Shown here: positions 20,207 through 30,800 of the stretch, in pieces
How positions within the stretch are numbered: position 1 is the stretch's first letter
Layout: each line of letters opens with the position of its first letter
The notes under the pieces: model-generated
What the model was told of the DNA's origin: nothing
The model's database searches: none
What the model saw: only the letters and a program-made list of their open reading frames with translations
Position numbers and translations under genes: made by a program
Origin: Opitutales bacterium
Lineage (GTDB): Bacteria > Verrucomicrobiota > Verrucomicrobiia > Opitutales > JABSRG01
Direction: 5' to 3'
Assembly: GCA_049599475.1 (NCBI GenBank)
Contig: JBMYOQ010000040.1
Coordinates: 1 to 36,583 of the forward strand
DNA: 36,583 nt

Positions 20207-21205
20207 ATGCACATTTCCACGCGACGCAACTTCATCAACACAGCCGCAAATGCGGCACTTGGCCTTTCCGTGAGCCCCCACCTCACAGCGCAACCATCGG
20301 ATACCTCAGTTTCCCAAACAGGTTTGGTCTGGGACGATCGCTATATTGACCACACACAAGGAGAAGATCACCCCGAATCCCCAATGCGCCTCAAGGCGAT
20401 TGATTGGCAACTCCAGGCAAACGGTATAAAAGATCGATTATATCCCATCGCTGCCACAGCAGACCCCGAGCCCTATATTCGGATGATCCATTCTGAGGCC
20501 CACATCGAAATGGCAAAGCGTCAGGCATATGATGACGCTATCTGCCGCTTAGCCGTCTCTGGCGCGCTGAGCGCTGTAGATGCAGTGTGTATGGGAAAAG
20601 TGAAAAATGCCTTCTGCGCACTGCGCCCACCAGGGCACCACGCCGCAAACAACGGCGAATACGGCTTTTGCTTTTATAACAACGTAGCAGCTGCAGCCCG
20701 TTATGCACAAAAGCAATATGGATTGGGGAAAGCCTTGATCGTGGACTGGGATTACCACCATGGCGACGGCACCGAGTGGGCCTTCTACGACGACCCTTCC
20801 GTGCTCACCTGCTCTACCCACGCTCTCCATGCATTCCCACGATCAGGCGCTACCGATAGAACAGGCACCGGAGCCGGCCGCGGATATAATCTCAACATAC
20901 CACTCCCCGCTGCCGCCAAGGACTCCGATATACTACAAGCCTTTAAAGAAACACTCCTGCCGCGTGCCTATACCTTTAAACCGGACATCGTATTCATCTC
21001 CGCAGGCTTCGACGCGCGCCACCATGACCCCTTGGGAGATTTCAACATCACAGACGACGGTTTCGCCCATCTCACCCAGCTCATTATGGAGCTTGCTCAA
21101 GAACATTCCGAAGCCCGCACCATCTCTCTCCTAGAAGGCGGCTACAATACCCACGGCCTGGCCCTTGCCGTAGAAGCCCATATCCGAGTATTGATGGATG
21201 GCTAA
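20207..21205 (+). CDS. Histone deacetylase / acetylpolyamine amidohydrolase family protein with Tat-like signal
   Basis: HPESPMRL, RPPGHHA, GFCFYNN, DWDYHHGDGT, SAGFD..DPLG, LEGGY; N-terminal STRRNFI twin-arginine motif. Confidence 0.92.
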   Translation: MHISTRRNFINTAANAALGLSVSPHLTAQPSDTSVSQTGLVWDDRYIDHTQGEDHPESPMRLKAIDWQLQANGIKDRLYPIAATADPEPYIRMIHSEAHIEMAKRQAYDDAICRLAVSGALSAVDAVCMGKVKNAFCALRPPGHHAANNGEYGFCFYNNVAAAARYAQKQYGLGKALIVDWDYHHGDGTEWAFYDDPSVLTCSTHALHAFPRSGATDRTGTGAGRGYNLNIPLPAAAKDSDILQAFKETLLPRAYTFKPDIVFISAGFDARHHDPLGDFNITDDGFAHLTQLIMELAQEHSEARTISLLEGGYNTHGLALAVEAHIRVLMDG

Positions 21206-21261
21206 AATACAAAATCACGCGTAGTCACTCGCCCACTACATTGTCGACAACCAAACCCAAT

Positions 21262-21849
21262 TCATCCTTCCTTGAGCGCCACGCGCTTCGCGTATTTCGC
21301 TACCCCTTGCGTGCTTAGATAGCTCGTCGCAAACCCGACTAATCCGCCGACGACAGGGACTGCCTTTAGCAAAATTTGAGGGGTTTATTTAATTGCCAAT
21401 GAGACGGTAAATTTTATTCCCATTTGGCTTGCCTTGCGCGTCCCGAACATGATCGCAAGGGTCTTTGCGGTATCGATGGTTCCCGGCGTCCGGTTTTGGG
21501 TTTTTAGAATGTATTTAACCAGATTGCTCTGCGATTTAATGGACGTAATAATATCAATAGGAATTGTAATCGGCAAGGTCACCAAGCCACCCAAACCTGT
21601 AAGAAAACCGATCGTGCCTGCGATGCGACATTCTGAGCGAATGACCCGATCCAGAATCTCTACATCCGATGCGTTTTCATACCGCTTACGGTATCTCAGC
21701 TCCTTCTCTGTAAGGGATTCCAAATTCCCCGCTAAGAAACGTTCACACTGTTCCTTGAGCTTCCTCGCGATAATCAAGCAAACGAGCAGGACACTCAAAA
21801 ACGAAATGAGCGTCAGGCTAAAAAATAGAATGAGCAGAGCTCCAATCAC
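21262..21849 (-). pseudogene. EcsC-like membrane protein interrupted by an in-frame TAA at 21385-21387
   Basis: The ORF has AGTIGFLTGLGGLVTLPITIPIDI; after the TAA the same frame continues for 40 codons (TPQILLKAVPVVGGLVGFATSY...KEG*), matching the usual KAVPVVGG C-terminal motif. Confidence 0.72.
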
Positions 21850-21983
21850 GTTATAAGAGCGACACAGCGGCGATCAGTTGTCTCCTGCCTTTAACTACCC
21901 CCATAGCGCCCTGGGTTGCGTAGCTCAACACAACCAGCATCCCGGCTTAGCGCGAAGCATCTTTCAGCAATTGAGCCACTTCC

Positions 21984-22376
21984 CTACCTCGGGTCCGCCG
22001 CGGCTAGGACTTCGATCTCTACCGTAAAAATCTCTCGAGCGAAGCCCGATACAATCATGAGCGTTGAGGCCGGGGCTGGTTCACTAAACAGCTCGTCGCG
22101 CACCTTCATGTAAGCGGGGAGATGCTCGCGGCCCGTCACGTAGGCGTTGATACGCACTATATTTTCCAAGCCCATGCCTGCTTCCTTTAAAATAGCTTCG
22201 ACATTCGCGAAACACAGACGCGTCTGCCCTTCCGTATCCTCGGGAATCTCAGCCGTTTCTGAGATGCCCAGTTGGCCCGAACAGAATAGAAGACGCGCAT
22301 TCGGTGGGACTTCGACACCGTGGCTATATTTGGCAAAAGGCGGTATAATTGAATCTGGGGTGTGGTATTCTAGCAT
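21984..22376 (-). CDS. RidA/YjgF/YER057c/UK114 family protein
   Basis: YSHGVEV, LFCSGQLG, NVEAILKEAG, PAPASTLMIVSGF, VEIEVLAA. Confidence 0.93.
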   Translation of the reverse strand: MLEYHTPDSIIPPFAKYSHGVEVPPNARLLFCSGQLGISETAEIPEDTEGQTRLCFANVEAILKEAGMGLENIVRINAYVTGREHLPAYMKVRDELFSEPAPASTLMIVSGFAREIFTVEIEVLAAADPR

Positions 22377-22417
22377 GAGCGTTTAAAATCAGCAATCCGG
22401 GTACCAGGTCGGAACGG

Positions 22418-23341
22418 TTAAGACTGCTTCTGAGAGAGATAGTATATACCTTCGGTCACTGATATAATCTGTCTGCGATAGACGATTTCCTTGTGCCAGT
22501 TGCTGGGGATTCCGGATAGGCCAGTGAAGGCGCCGACTATCTGCCCTGTGACCGCTGCCGTGGTGTCTGTATCATCGCCAAGATTGACCGCCATCAATAC
22601 GGCGTCGCGATAAGTATTTGTATGAGCCCAGCAATACAGGGCCGCTTCAAGAGTATGCGCGACGTATCCAGTCGTCTGAATATCCGACTCCGCTTTCCTC
22701 CGAAAGTCGCATTGCACAATCGGTGCGATGGCTTCACAATAGCCGAGTTCCGGCCCATTTTTCTGGAGAAACGATACACTCAGGATTTCGGATTTCATTC
22801 GGCCCTGCAATATGCCCCTGAATACACTCGCCATCAAGTGACAGGCATCCAGACAGGTTCTGCTGCCGTGGGTCAACCGACTCGATTCAGCGACGATCTC
22901 GAATAAGCGCGCGCTCTTGTAGAATGTCATCGCGATGGGAGCCAGTCGCATGATGGAACCATTCCCCGAGGACGCTTCATCCGAGCAGCTTGAGAATGGA
23001 TCGTGGGATTTCTCAAATTGTTCAATCGCCTGGCGAGTCGCATTTCCGATATCGAAACACGCCTCGCGAGCACTCCAATAACCGGCCCGATACCATTGGC
23101 GAAAGCGATCTGCAGCGTCCGCCGCATTCCAGCCCTGATGGCGAATCAGAGTCTCAGCCAAACACATAGCCATTGAGGTATCATCTGACCACTCACCCCA
23201 TTGAGCGTTGTGCGCCCCTCCTTTGGCAAAGCTGGTGACTTGCGGAAATGAGCCCCGAGATTGAAACTCCCATGGCATCCCTAAGCAGTCCCCCACCGCG
23301 AGGCCGAGAATTGATCCGTAAAACCGTTCGAGTAAATCCAT
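22418..23341 (-). CDS. ADP-ribosylglycohydrolase (DraG/ARH family)
   Basis: GLAVGDCLG, WSDDTSM, FDIGNAT, SGNGSIMRLAP, LTH, AVNLGDDTDTTAAVTGQIVGA. ATG at 23341 is preferred over GTG at 23347. Confidence 0.93.
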   Translation of the reverse strand: MDLLERFYGSILGLAVGDCLGMPWEFQSRGSFPQVTSFAKGGAHNAQWGEWSDDTSMAMCLAETLIRHQGWNAADAADRFRQWYRAGYWSAREACFDIGNATRQAIEQFEKSHDPFSSCSDEASSGNGSIMRLAPIAMTFYKSARLFEIVAESSRLTHGSRTCLDACHLMASVFRGILQGRMKSEILSVSFLQKNGPELGYCEAIAPIVQCDFRRKAESDIQTTGYVAHTLEAALYCWAHTNTYRDAVLMAVNLGDDTDTTAAVTGQIVGAFTGLSGIPSNWHKEIVYRRQIISVTEGIYYLSQKQS

Positions 23342-23420
23342 ATGCACGCGTCGGGCAGCAATTTACCAAACCCTTCACGGTCAACATTGGATGCACTTTC
23401 TCTGTTTTATCAAACGAACA

Positions 23421-23444
23421 CGATGCCAGCGCGCCCTGGCATCG
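23421..23444 (-). terminator. Hairpin downstream of the sulfatase gene, possible weak terminator
   Basis: Perfect 9-bp stem CGATGCCAG/CTGGCATCG followed on the minus strand by TGTTCGTTT. Confidence 0.35.
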
Positions 23445-23478
23445 CCGAATGGGCATCGCTTGAAGAGATTTCGAAGGC

Positions 23479-24861
23479 CTATTGGGCTTCCGGCAAAACC
23501 GCTTCGTTTCTCAGGATCCATGCATCCATTTTTTGACTCATCTTGAGCGCGACCTCCGGGTGCTCACGGAGGATGTTGTTCTGCTCCCCGATATCCTTTT
23601 CTAAGTTGTAGAGTTCATCTTCCCGATCAGGCTCATAGTTGCGTATGTATTTATACGGGCCATGAATACTCACGGTGGCTGGAGATTGAAAAAACGGACT
23701 GATGATGCGAGGCCGTCCAGCACTGCCATTGTAGACCGGAACGTGCATATGGAGCGTCTCGCGGACGCGCTGCACCTTCCCGGTGAATAGGGGTACCAGA
23801 CTCTCGCCGTCCAATCGATGGGAAGGCGCGACTCCCGCCAGCTCAATCAGAGTCGGATACCAATCGATGATATCGATCAGCGCTTCGCTCTCCCCATGAG
23901 GAACCATCCCAGCCCAGTGCACGAAGGTCGGAACTCGAATCCCCCCTTCATAGACTGCGCCCTTGCACCCGCGCAGGTTGATATCGGGGGCGACGCGGCC
24001 GTTCTGTCCATTATCTGAGGTAAACACGATGAGTGTATTCTTTAGCATGTCAGCCTCTTCTAGGACGTCCACAACGCGTCCCACAGCTCGGTCTAAGGCA
24101 TAGACCATAGCCGCGTATTCTGGGAGCTGCTGGGGGTGGTCTTTTGTGCCTTGATTAAAGCGCTGGATATCGTCCGTTTGCGCTTGAATGGGGTAATGCA
24201 CTGAGTAAGGCGCATAACAGAGGAAGAATGGCTCGCCCGCCTCTGATTGGATGAAATCGATGGACTCTTTCGCGAGTCGATCGGGCAAATATTCACCTTT
24301 CGGCCCATTTTTAAGGGCCGGATTTTTATACGGACTGAAATAGCTTTTCGGGCCACCCTGCTTCCAACCGCCAGCATTGAAGTCGAACCCATTCTCAGTC
24401 GGATCATGGGTGACATGCCATTTCCCAACATAGCCCGTGCGATAACCAGCTGTCTTGAGCGCGTCCGCAAGCATAGTAATCGGCTCCTCGTAGTGGTGAC
24501 CCGATTTCGGTGGCTTTACGTTCATCTCTGGTGGTTTCACGCGGAAAAACCCTTCTACATGATAGATCCCGGTATTGGTTTCATTGAGACCCGTAAATAG
24601 CGAAGCTCGCGAAGGAGAACAGGTGGGGCGTGCATAGGCACGATTGAACACCATCGACTGCTGAGCTAGGCGGTCGATATTGGGGGTCTTGTGATACTGC
24701 GCGCCATTATACCCCAAGTCCATCCAGCCCAAATCATCACAGAGTATAAAGAGGATATTGGGCGCCTGCTCACCGACTATTAGGCGCTTCGTGTCGGCGA
24801 ATAGGCTCGTCGCCCAAACCGTCAGCAAGACTACAACAAAACTGCGTGTGTGTGTTCTCAT
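23479..24861 (-). CDS. Secreted Cys-type S1 sulfatase (formylglycine-dependent)
   Basis: Signal peptide; PNILFILCDDLG; CSPSRASLFTG; GYRTGYVGKWH; FTSDNG; KGAVYEGGIRVP; ELYNLEKDIGE. Confidence 0.95.
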   Translation of the reverse strand: MRTHTRSFVVVLLTVWATSLFADTKRLIVGEQAPNILFILCDDLGWMDLGYNGAQYHKTPNIDRLAQQSMVFNRAYARPTCSPSRASLFTGLNETNTGIYHVEGFFRVKPPEMNVKPPKSGHHYEEPITMLADALKTAGYRTGYVGKWHVTHDPTENGFDFNAGGWKQGGPKSYFSPYKNPALKNGPKGEYLPDRLAKESIDFIQSEAGEPFFLCYAPYSVHYPIQAQTDDIQRFNQGTKDHPQQLPEYAAMVYALDRAVGRVVDVLEEADMLKNTLIVFTSDNGQNGRVAPDINLRGCKGAVYEGGIRVPTFVHWAGMVPHGESEALIDIIDWYPTLIELAGVAPSHRLDGESLVPLFTGKVQRVRETLHMHVPVYNGSAGRPRIISPFFQSPATVSIHGPYKYIRNYEPDREDELYNLEKDIGEQNNILREHPEVALKMSQKMDAWILRNEAVLPEAQ

Positions 24862-25076
24862 ATATCACATCTGAATCCTCTACTCGGGTCGTCATGCAAT
24901 AAAATGGAGTCTTCCGACCCAAAGAGTTACAGCATGAGCGAACCGCGTAAGGGGAATAACACTTACCAATGGATGGATCTTAACAGCTCAGTGAGCGTTT
25001 TTGCAAAAGCTGAGAATTCGAGCGCCCTCCGTCCCGACAGAGCCTAAATCGGAACCCCCAATTTGGGCGACTAGTG

Positions 25077-27017
25077 CTATTTTTCCACGACCTCGACCCC
25101 ATCGGGCAGTTTTGCGAGTTGGGCCGGACGGAACTGACCCGGAGCAACGATAAGCTTTTGCAAACTCTTATGTTCGGACAGCGGATTGAGCGTCTTGATA
25201 CGGAGTCCTCGAAGGTCCAGCTCCCGGACATTTAGAGATTTGAGTGGAAGCAACTGTTGCACAGAGGACTGCTGAAGGCTCAGTTTAAGCGGTTCCACAA
25301 CAGCGAGGACGCTCCATGTGTTGGAAAAACCAAGATGCGCGACTCCGGGATCCACAATTTTCCAAACGCCATCGGAAGACTGCTTCATTATCGGTCCGCT
25401 CGCATCAGGGTTCAGCAGAGCCAAGACTCCATTTACGATGAATATTCGATCTGCCGCTGGCCGCTCGAACGCACTGTCATATATTAAAAGAAGTTCGAGA
25501 AACTGGGTACGGTTGTACAGCGGATTCGTATAAATATCTTGGATATAGTTGAGTAGGTCTTCGGCACTCAGGCAGCCGTTTTCCTGAAGTTTAGGCGCAT
25601 ATTTATGAGCTAAATCAACGAGATCTTGAACGTTCAACGATTCGCTCTCCGGATGCTGATTCCGTTGACGCTCCGTCCTGAGTGCCGCCTGAAAATCTTG
25701 CCGAATGGAGCACAGCCAGACTTTCTGAGTCCACACATAGAGGTTTGGCGGCGGATCATACTGTAGCACTGCATTGACCTGCTTTAGGGCTTCCTTGACA
25801 TTCCTTGCGAGCGCATCGGGCAAAGTATTGAACCGTGTCAAAGCGGTCGCCTGCCTGGCGGCAACTGAGGCTTGGTTCCGGAGGCGCTCTTCGCTTATTT
25901 GCTTCTCTTGCAAGTATTGAGATAGAGCCAATTCCGCTGTAGCACGGCTCTGGTCCAGCTGCATAATGAAAATACTGGTACCAGCGATGAGCAATATGCT
26001 AAACACAAGGGCGACCTGAGATGCCGTCTTATTCCTCAAATAAAATCGCTTAAGCTCCCGTAGAATATGTGTTTGTTCGGTCGATACAGCGTAACCGTCC
26101 AGGAAGCGTTCAATATCAGCACCCAAGGCCTCCATCGTGGCGTAGCGCTCATGAGGATTCTCCTCACAGGCTTTTCGCACGATCGCCACGAGAGCCGGGT
26201 CTGTCATGCTGGATTCATGACCCGCACCGACAGTCTCTTCAATAAGACGTCCCAATGCATAGATATCCATTTGCGGTGTTTTGGCTTCGCGGGGATCCTT
26301 CTGCTCCGGAGCCATAAATCCGGGCGTGCCCGCTTTTAGATTGAGCAGAGGTCCATAGAGGTCTGGATCGAGCAAGGTGGAATCCTCTTCCGTTGAGAAG
26401 ACGACCGCCATCCCCCAATCACACACTTGCACCTCGCCGAAGGTACCTACCTGAATATTCTCTGGCTTGAGATCGAGATGAACAATTCGATTGGCGTGCG
26501 CGTACGTCATCGCATCACAGATCTTTTGTACGACACGCATGCGCTGTTGAATCGAAATGTGTTTTTCGCCCGATTCTATCTGTTTTGTAAGCTCATGTAA
26601 GGAACTGCCTTTTTTGAGCTCCATTGTGAAAAACGGGCGCCCCGCCTTATCCACCCCCATATCAAAGAGGTCTATAATCGCGGGGTGCTCCAAGCGGGCA
26701 GTAAAATGTGCCTCGCGGAGGAAGGCATCATAATGATCCAAGGACACCTCTTCTTTCGGGCAAGCCAGAGCCACGTCTCGCTCAGTCTGCGAATCGTAGG
26801 CCTTGTATATCTGCTTCATTCCCCCGACGCCCAGGGACTCCACAGAATGGTAGCGATCTTCGATCTGATTTAGCCGAGAATACAGAGGCGCGATTTCTTC
26901 CGTGTCCGACGGCTGAGACATCTCCCGAGGATGGGCCTGAGCATAGAGATCTTGGGTGAATTCATTTAAATTCTCCCGGGCAAAATCAAACAGCTCCCGA
27001 CTCTCGTCCTTATCCAT
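25077..27017 (-). CDS. Membrane Hanks-type Ser/Thr kinase with WNK-like Lys placement, non-RD loop, TM helix and C-terminal LRRs
   Basis: GVGGMK, VALA, FLREA, LEHPAI, HLDLKPENI, CDWG, GTPGFMAPEQ, DIYALG; TM VALVFSILLIAGTSIFIM; LRR LKSLNVRELDLRGLRIKTLNPL. Confidence 0.92.
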   Translation of the reverse strand: MDKDESRELFDFARENLNEFTQDLYAQAHPREMSQPSDTEEIAPLYSRLNQIEDRYHSVESLGVGGMKQIYKAYDSQTERDVALACPKEEVSLDHYDAFLREAHFTARLEHPAIIDLFDMGVDKAGRPFFTMELKKGSSLHELTKQIESGEKHISIQQRMRVVQKICDAMTYAHANRIVHLDLKPENIQVGTFGEVQVCDWGMAVVFSTEEDSTLLDPDLYGPLLNLKAGTPGFMAPEQKDPREAKTPQMDIYALGRLIEETVGAGHESSMTDPALVAIVRKACEENPHERYATMEALGADIERFLDGYAVSTEQTHILRELKRFYLRNKTASQVALVFSILLIAGTSIFIMQLDQSRATAELALSQYLQEKQISEERLRNQASVAARQATALTRFNTLPDALARNVKEALKQVNAVLQYDPPPNLYVWTQKVWLCSIRQDFQAALRTERQRNQHPESESLNVQDLVDLAHKYAPKLQENGCLSAEDLLNYIQDIYTNPLYNRTQFLELLLIYDSAFERPAADRIFIVNGVLALLNPDASGPIMKQSSDGVWKIVDPGVAHLGFSNTWSVLAVVEPLKLSLQQSSVQQLLPLKSLNVRELDLRGLRIKTLNPLSEHKSLQKLIVAPGQFRPAQLAKLPDGVEVVEK

Positions 27018-27621
27018 GCTCCCCTTCTAGCTCAAAACGTAGGGTTTGAATTTCCTGAGTAAGGCGCGTCTTCACACGATTCTTGAGCACATAGACACTC
27101 CCCTGCGTAAGGTTCAGTTCCGATGCGATCGCCTCCGACGATTTACCTTTCAGCGAAAGCGCAAGCACGGCAAAGGCTTTGCCAGAAAAAACCGACTGCA
27201 AGCGATCCATGGCCAGCTCGACAATATAGCGCTCCCACTCGCCTTGGATAAAATTTTCTACCTGCGAATTTTCTGGGGATACGCATTCGGGCTCATTCTC
27301 TTCGAGGGGAGAATGTTGTTTGCGTTTCTGCGATTTAAACCAGTTCAAGGCCGTATTCCGGATCAGCGTGGATAACCAATTCCGGAAACGCGCTTGTTTC
27401 TCATCGCGGTGATACTTGTCCAGACCTTCCCACATACGGATGAGAACCAGCTGGCGCACCTCATCGAGATCAGACCCTTTCAACCCCATCCGTCCAAGAA
27501 TTTTGTTCACGAACGGCGTATAATACTCGAGCAACTCATTCCACGCCGGGTCATGGCGATCCGCCTTTACCTGCTGCAGCAAAGAAACGCGTGTAGGAAG
27601 CATATCTGTGTATCGGCGCAT
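27010..27621 (-). CDS. ECF sigma-70 factor of the kinase-associated PVC type
   Basis: TRVSLL..AWNELLEYY, RFRNWLSTLIRN (sigma2); SEAIASELNLTQGSVYVLKNRV (sigma4); 8-nt overlap with the kinase start (ATGGATAA). Confidence 0.93.
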   Translation of the reverse strand: MRRYTDMLPTRVSLLQQVKADRHDPAWNELLEYYTPFVNKILGRMGLKGSDLDEVRQLVLIRMWEGLDKYHRDEKQARFRNWLSTLIRNTALNWFKSQKRKQHSPLEENEPECVSPENSQVENFIQGEWERYIVELAMDRLQSVFSGKAFAVLALSLKGKSSEAIASELNLTQGSVYVLKNRVKTRLTQEIQTLRFELEGEHG

Positions 27622-27893
27622 CGTCTCGAGGGCTTACGTTAAATCAAAGGAAGCCACAAAGACAAGAATGGCCTCGTTGCAAAATCTAGGGCTGGGTTTG
27701 GGGACTCCAAATAGCCGCAAAATCACGCCCTCACCTATCCCAGATTTCCCTCAAAAATCGGAATGCCCAATTATTTAAAAAAATCAGTCAGGAAGGTCAG
27801 ATTCATCTTGTTTAGCAGTCATAGGAAAGCTCTCGACACCACATTTTTTACAGAGCTTGCCCGTGTTTGAACTGATCAACCGCCCCCTACCCC

Positions 27894-30800
27894 ATGAATA
27901 AAATATGTCTCATGTTCGGTATCGCCGCTCTGATACCGAGCCTTACCCCTGCACAAGTTGCATTTCGTTCCGATAATTCTGGTCCCGTCGCTCAAAGGGA
28001 CTTTTTCTTCCACTGGAACGGCTTCGAAGCCGAATGGTTTGGACCCGAAGTCCAATACGTCCAAGACGGCGATACGAAGCTCGTAGATACCAACAGCCCC
28101 ACGACTTTCCCCAACGGATACGTCGGCAGCTCTTTTGCCTACTCCATGACGGGAGTGCAGGACTGGAATACGGAAAACGCTGAGAAGGTCTTGAATGGCT
28201 TAAGTATCGATGAGGGGAACGGCCCTGTCACCTATCCTGATTTCCCAGCCTATCTCGCTGCACGCACTGCAGCGAACGTGGGCAAGCATGGAGGCTCACA
28301 ATTCGGTTTCGGCATCCAGACCGATGTGACCGAGGACGAACTGGGCGGAAACGTGCGCGCAGACAAGTTGGATTACAAAGGCGAGGCGATCATCATCACG
28401 TTCGATACCGACGGCAGCTTAGACATGGACAATGCTGTGGGCACCTTTGGCCCGATTCCGAATCAGCGCTTCGAAAACACAGGCCTGAGGGATGATGTTA
28501 CCCTCACGATCACCGAAGTGCATGTGCGCAGATGGTATGAAGGCCAGGACATCTATGTGGACATTCTTTTCTACGATGCCAGCACCGGCCAAATTTTGAC
28601 TGACGCCAATGGCAGCCCCGCCCTCCATAAATACGAGGATTTGGGCCCGGCAGATAAGGATGATCGAAACAGCCCCGATCGCCCATTTTTCACTCAGGGT
28701 GCTCCCTGGGTGATCGAAGATGGCGACATGCTGATCATTGCGCACCCTACGGATGAGTCCCAGAACTTGAACGGCATCACCTCCGAGCTCTGGAGCATGA
28801 CCTTCGACCTTAACTACGATAAGCCGGCCTTTGAATACCCTGAGGTCCCCGGCGATCCCAACCTTATCCCACAACACCCCTACTCGCCCGGCTTTCACAA
28901 TACCTGGCGTGAGGATGGAGAGCGGATCGCCTTGTATCGCACAGTGCCCAAGGAGCCGGACCCAAATGCAGATCCCGAAACGGATCCTGTCGGCGCTCGG
29001 GATTTCGAAACAATCCGGACTGTTGTGACTGAGTTTCACCGCGGGCACCTCATCACCGATAACCGTATCGCATCCGAGGAAAATAAGGGCATCTACTTCG
29101 ATTTCTCTACGGTCACCGACCCCGATCGCGATGAGTCCAACGAAGATAACCTACGCCCTTCGGTGGCATTCCAGGGGGTAACTGCGGGCGCGATGCACCA
29201 GGCATGGCACCTGATTCCAGACTATCGCGGCAATCACGGCCCGACGAATTGGGTTGAGCTTTCTGGATTGAGTGACCCAAGCCCTACCGTCGAAAAAGTG
29301 TTCACCCCACCAGGCTTTGACTTTCTCGCTGGCGATGCTCGTAGCTCTTACGCACTCCCCTACGTCTACAGCAAATTCGGAGACGGCCGGGAAATTGCCG
29401 ACGCTCGCACAGGAGAGCAACTGTCCTCTTACAGCGAGCACGGTTTTGGCAGCGATGTCATCTCAATGCCGGTGGGAAATATTCTCCTCGTGTGTAAGGT
29501 CCGTGCGGGAGAGCGCGCCATTGCCACATACGATGTGAGTGATCCGCGTCGACCAGCCCTCCTCGATGTTATGCGCGAGGATGATCCTCGATGGAAGGAT
29601 ACGAATAGAGGGGCCTACGAACCCGCTGTTTACAATAATTACATCGTCCTCCCGGCCGGGGTCGGGGGCTCACGCGTCGCCTTTATTGACTACTCTGATC
29701 CCTCAAACCTACGTATGCACCACTCCATCAGAGAGGTAGAGGGAGGTGTCCGCTATGTGCAATTCCAGGATCACCGTATGTTCGTCGGCAGGCAGGTTGT
29801 GGATCTCTTTCATATAGATGCCGGCATTTCATCCATCGAGCACAATTTTACCGGATCCTCTGGAGAATACTTACTCCCCCTCGGAAACCTTTTGCTTTCA
29901 GCTGAAAATTCAGAGCAAGGCATCACCAACCAAGCCGCCATTTACGCATTCCAGGCAGAACCAGACGTTCGCTCGCCCAAAGTGAGCTATCACATCCCGG
30001 CGGATGGCGCAGTCGATCAACACATTAAATCGCGGATTGGTTTAATCATTCACGAGACCCTCGACCTCACCACACTGCATCCGGCAAACCCCAATTCGCC
30101 CAGTGACACCGATCCGCTGAGAGTATATCGCCTCGGAACCGACGGAGAACCCGAGGCGCTGATTTCGGGCACGGTCGTAGTCAGCGACAAAGACGTCATT
30201 ACCTTCACACCGAATGCGGACCTAGATTACGCGACTCGCTATCGGGTGGTTGCAGAAGGCTTCACAGATATCGTAGGGAATCCTGTAATACCTCATCAAT
30301 TCGAGTTCGAAACTCAGAGCGCAGGTGCCATATGGTATCCTGAAATCGAGTATGCGGGACTCGCCCCGGATTCTGAGTCGATCGTCGGACAGACAATTAA
30401 TTTTTCAACCGTAGCCTCTCCTTACGAAGGCGAGTCCGCCGATACTTTGGAATATCGCTGGGATTTCGGCGATGGCACGATCAGTGACTGGATCTCGAGT
30501 TCCGAGGAATCGCACATCTATAGCTTTCCCGGAACATTTACGGTGAGAGCATGGGTGCGTAGCGAGAATGCCCCAGACCTCAAGGTCGTGCGCATGTTCG
30601 AGACTCGAGCCGATTTCAAAGATGCGGGCGAGGACGGCTTTGAACCACGTTTCGAAGCGGAATTCGGGACTTTGACAGGCAATCACAGCGAAATCCAAAG
30701 TGATTCAGATGCATCGGGCGGCCTCACTGTGAAAACGGGAGCCAGCTCCGGAGTCTACTGGGATTTCGAAACTGTGGGCGGCGATTTTGATTTCAAATTC

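Noticed and set aside
20207..24861. HDAC + RidA + ADP-ribosylhydrolase + sulfatase as one 'de-modification' system
   Set aside because: Mixed orientation, intervening hairpins and unrelated common families; nothing in the sequence links them functionally.
25077..27017. Kinases as dead pseudokinases because VAxK is missing
   Set aside because: All other catalytic motifs are intact and a compensating Lys is present in both paralogues; not disproved, but less likely.
27780..27830. Possible ECF promoter GTCAGATT...GTCATA before the second giant gene
   Set aside because: No convincing second copy before the paralogue, sulfatase or kinase 2, so it cannot be supported.
28419..29048. Long antisense ORFs (209 aa here; also 2244-2819, 13367-13840, 14969-15445)
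   Set aside because: They lie opposite well-supported genes and show no motifs, consistent with shadow ORFs from codon bias.
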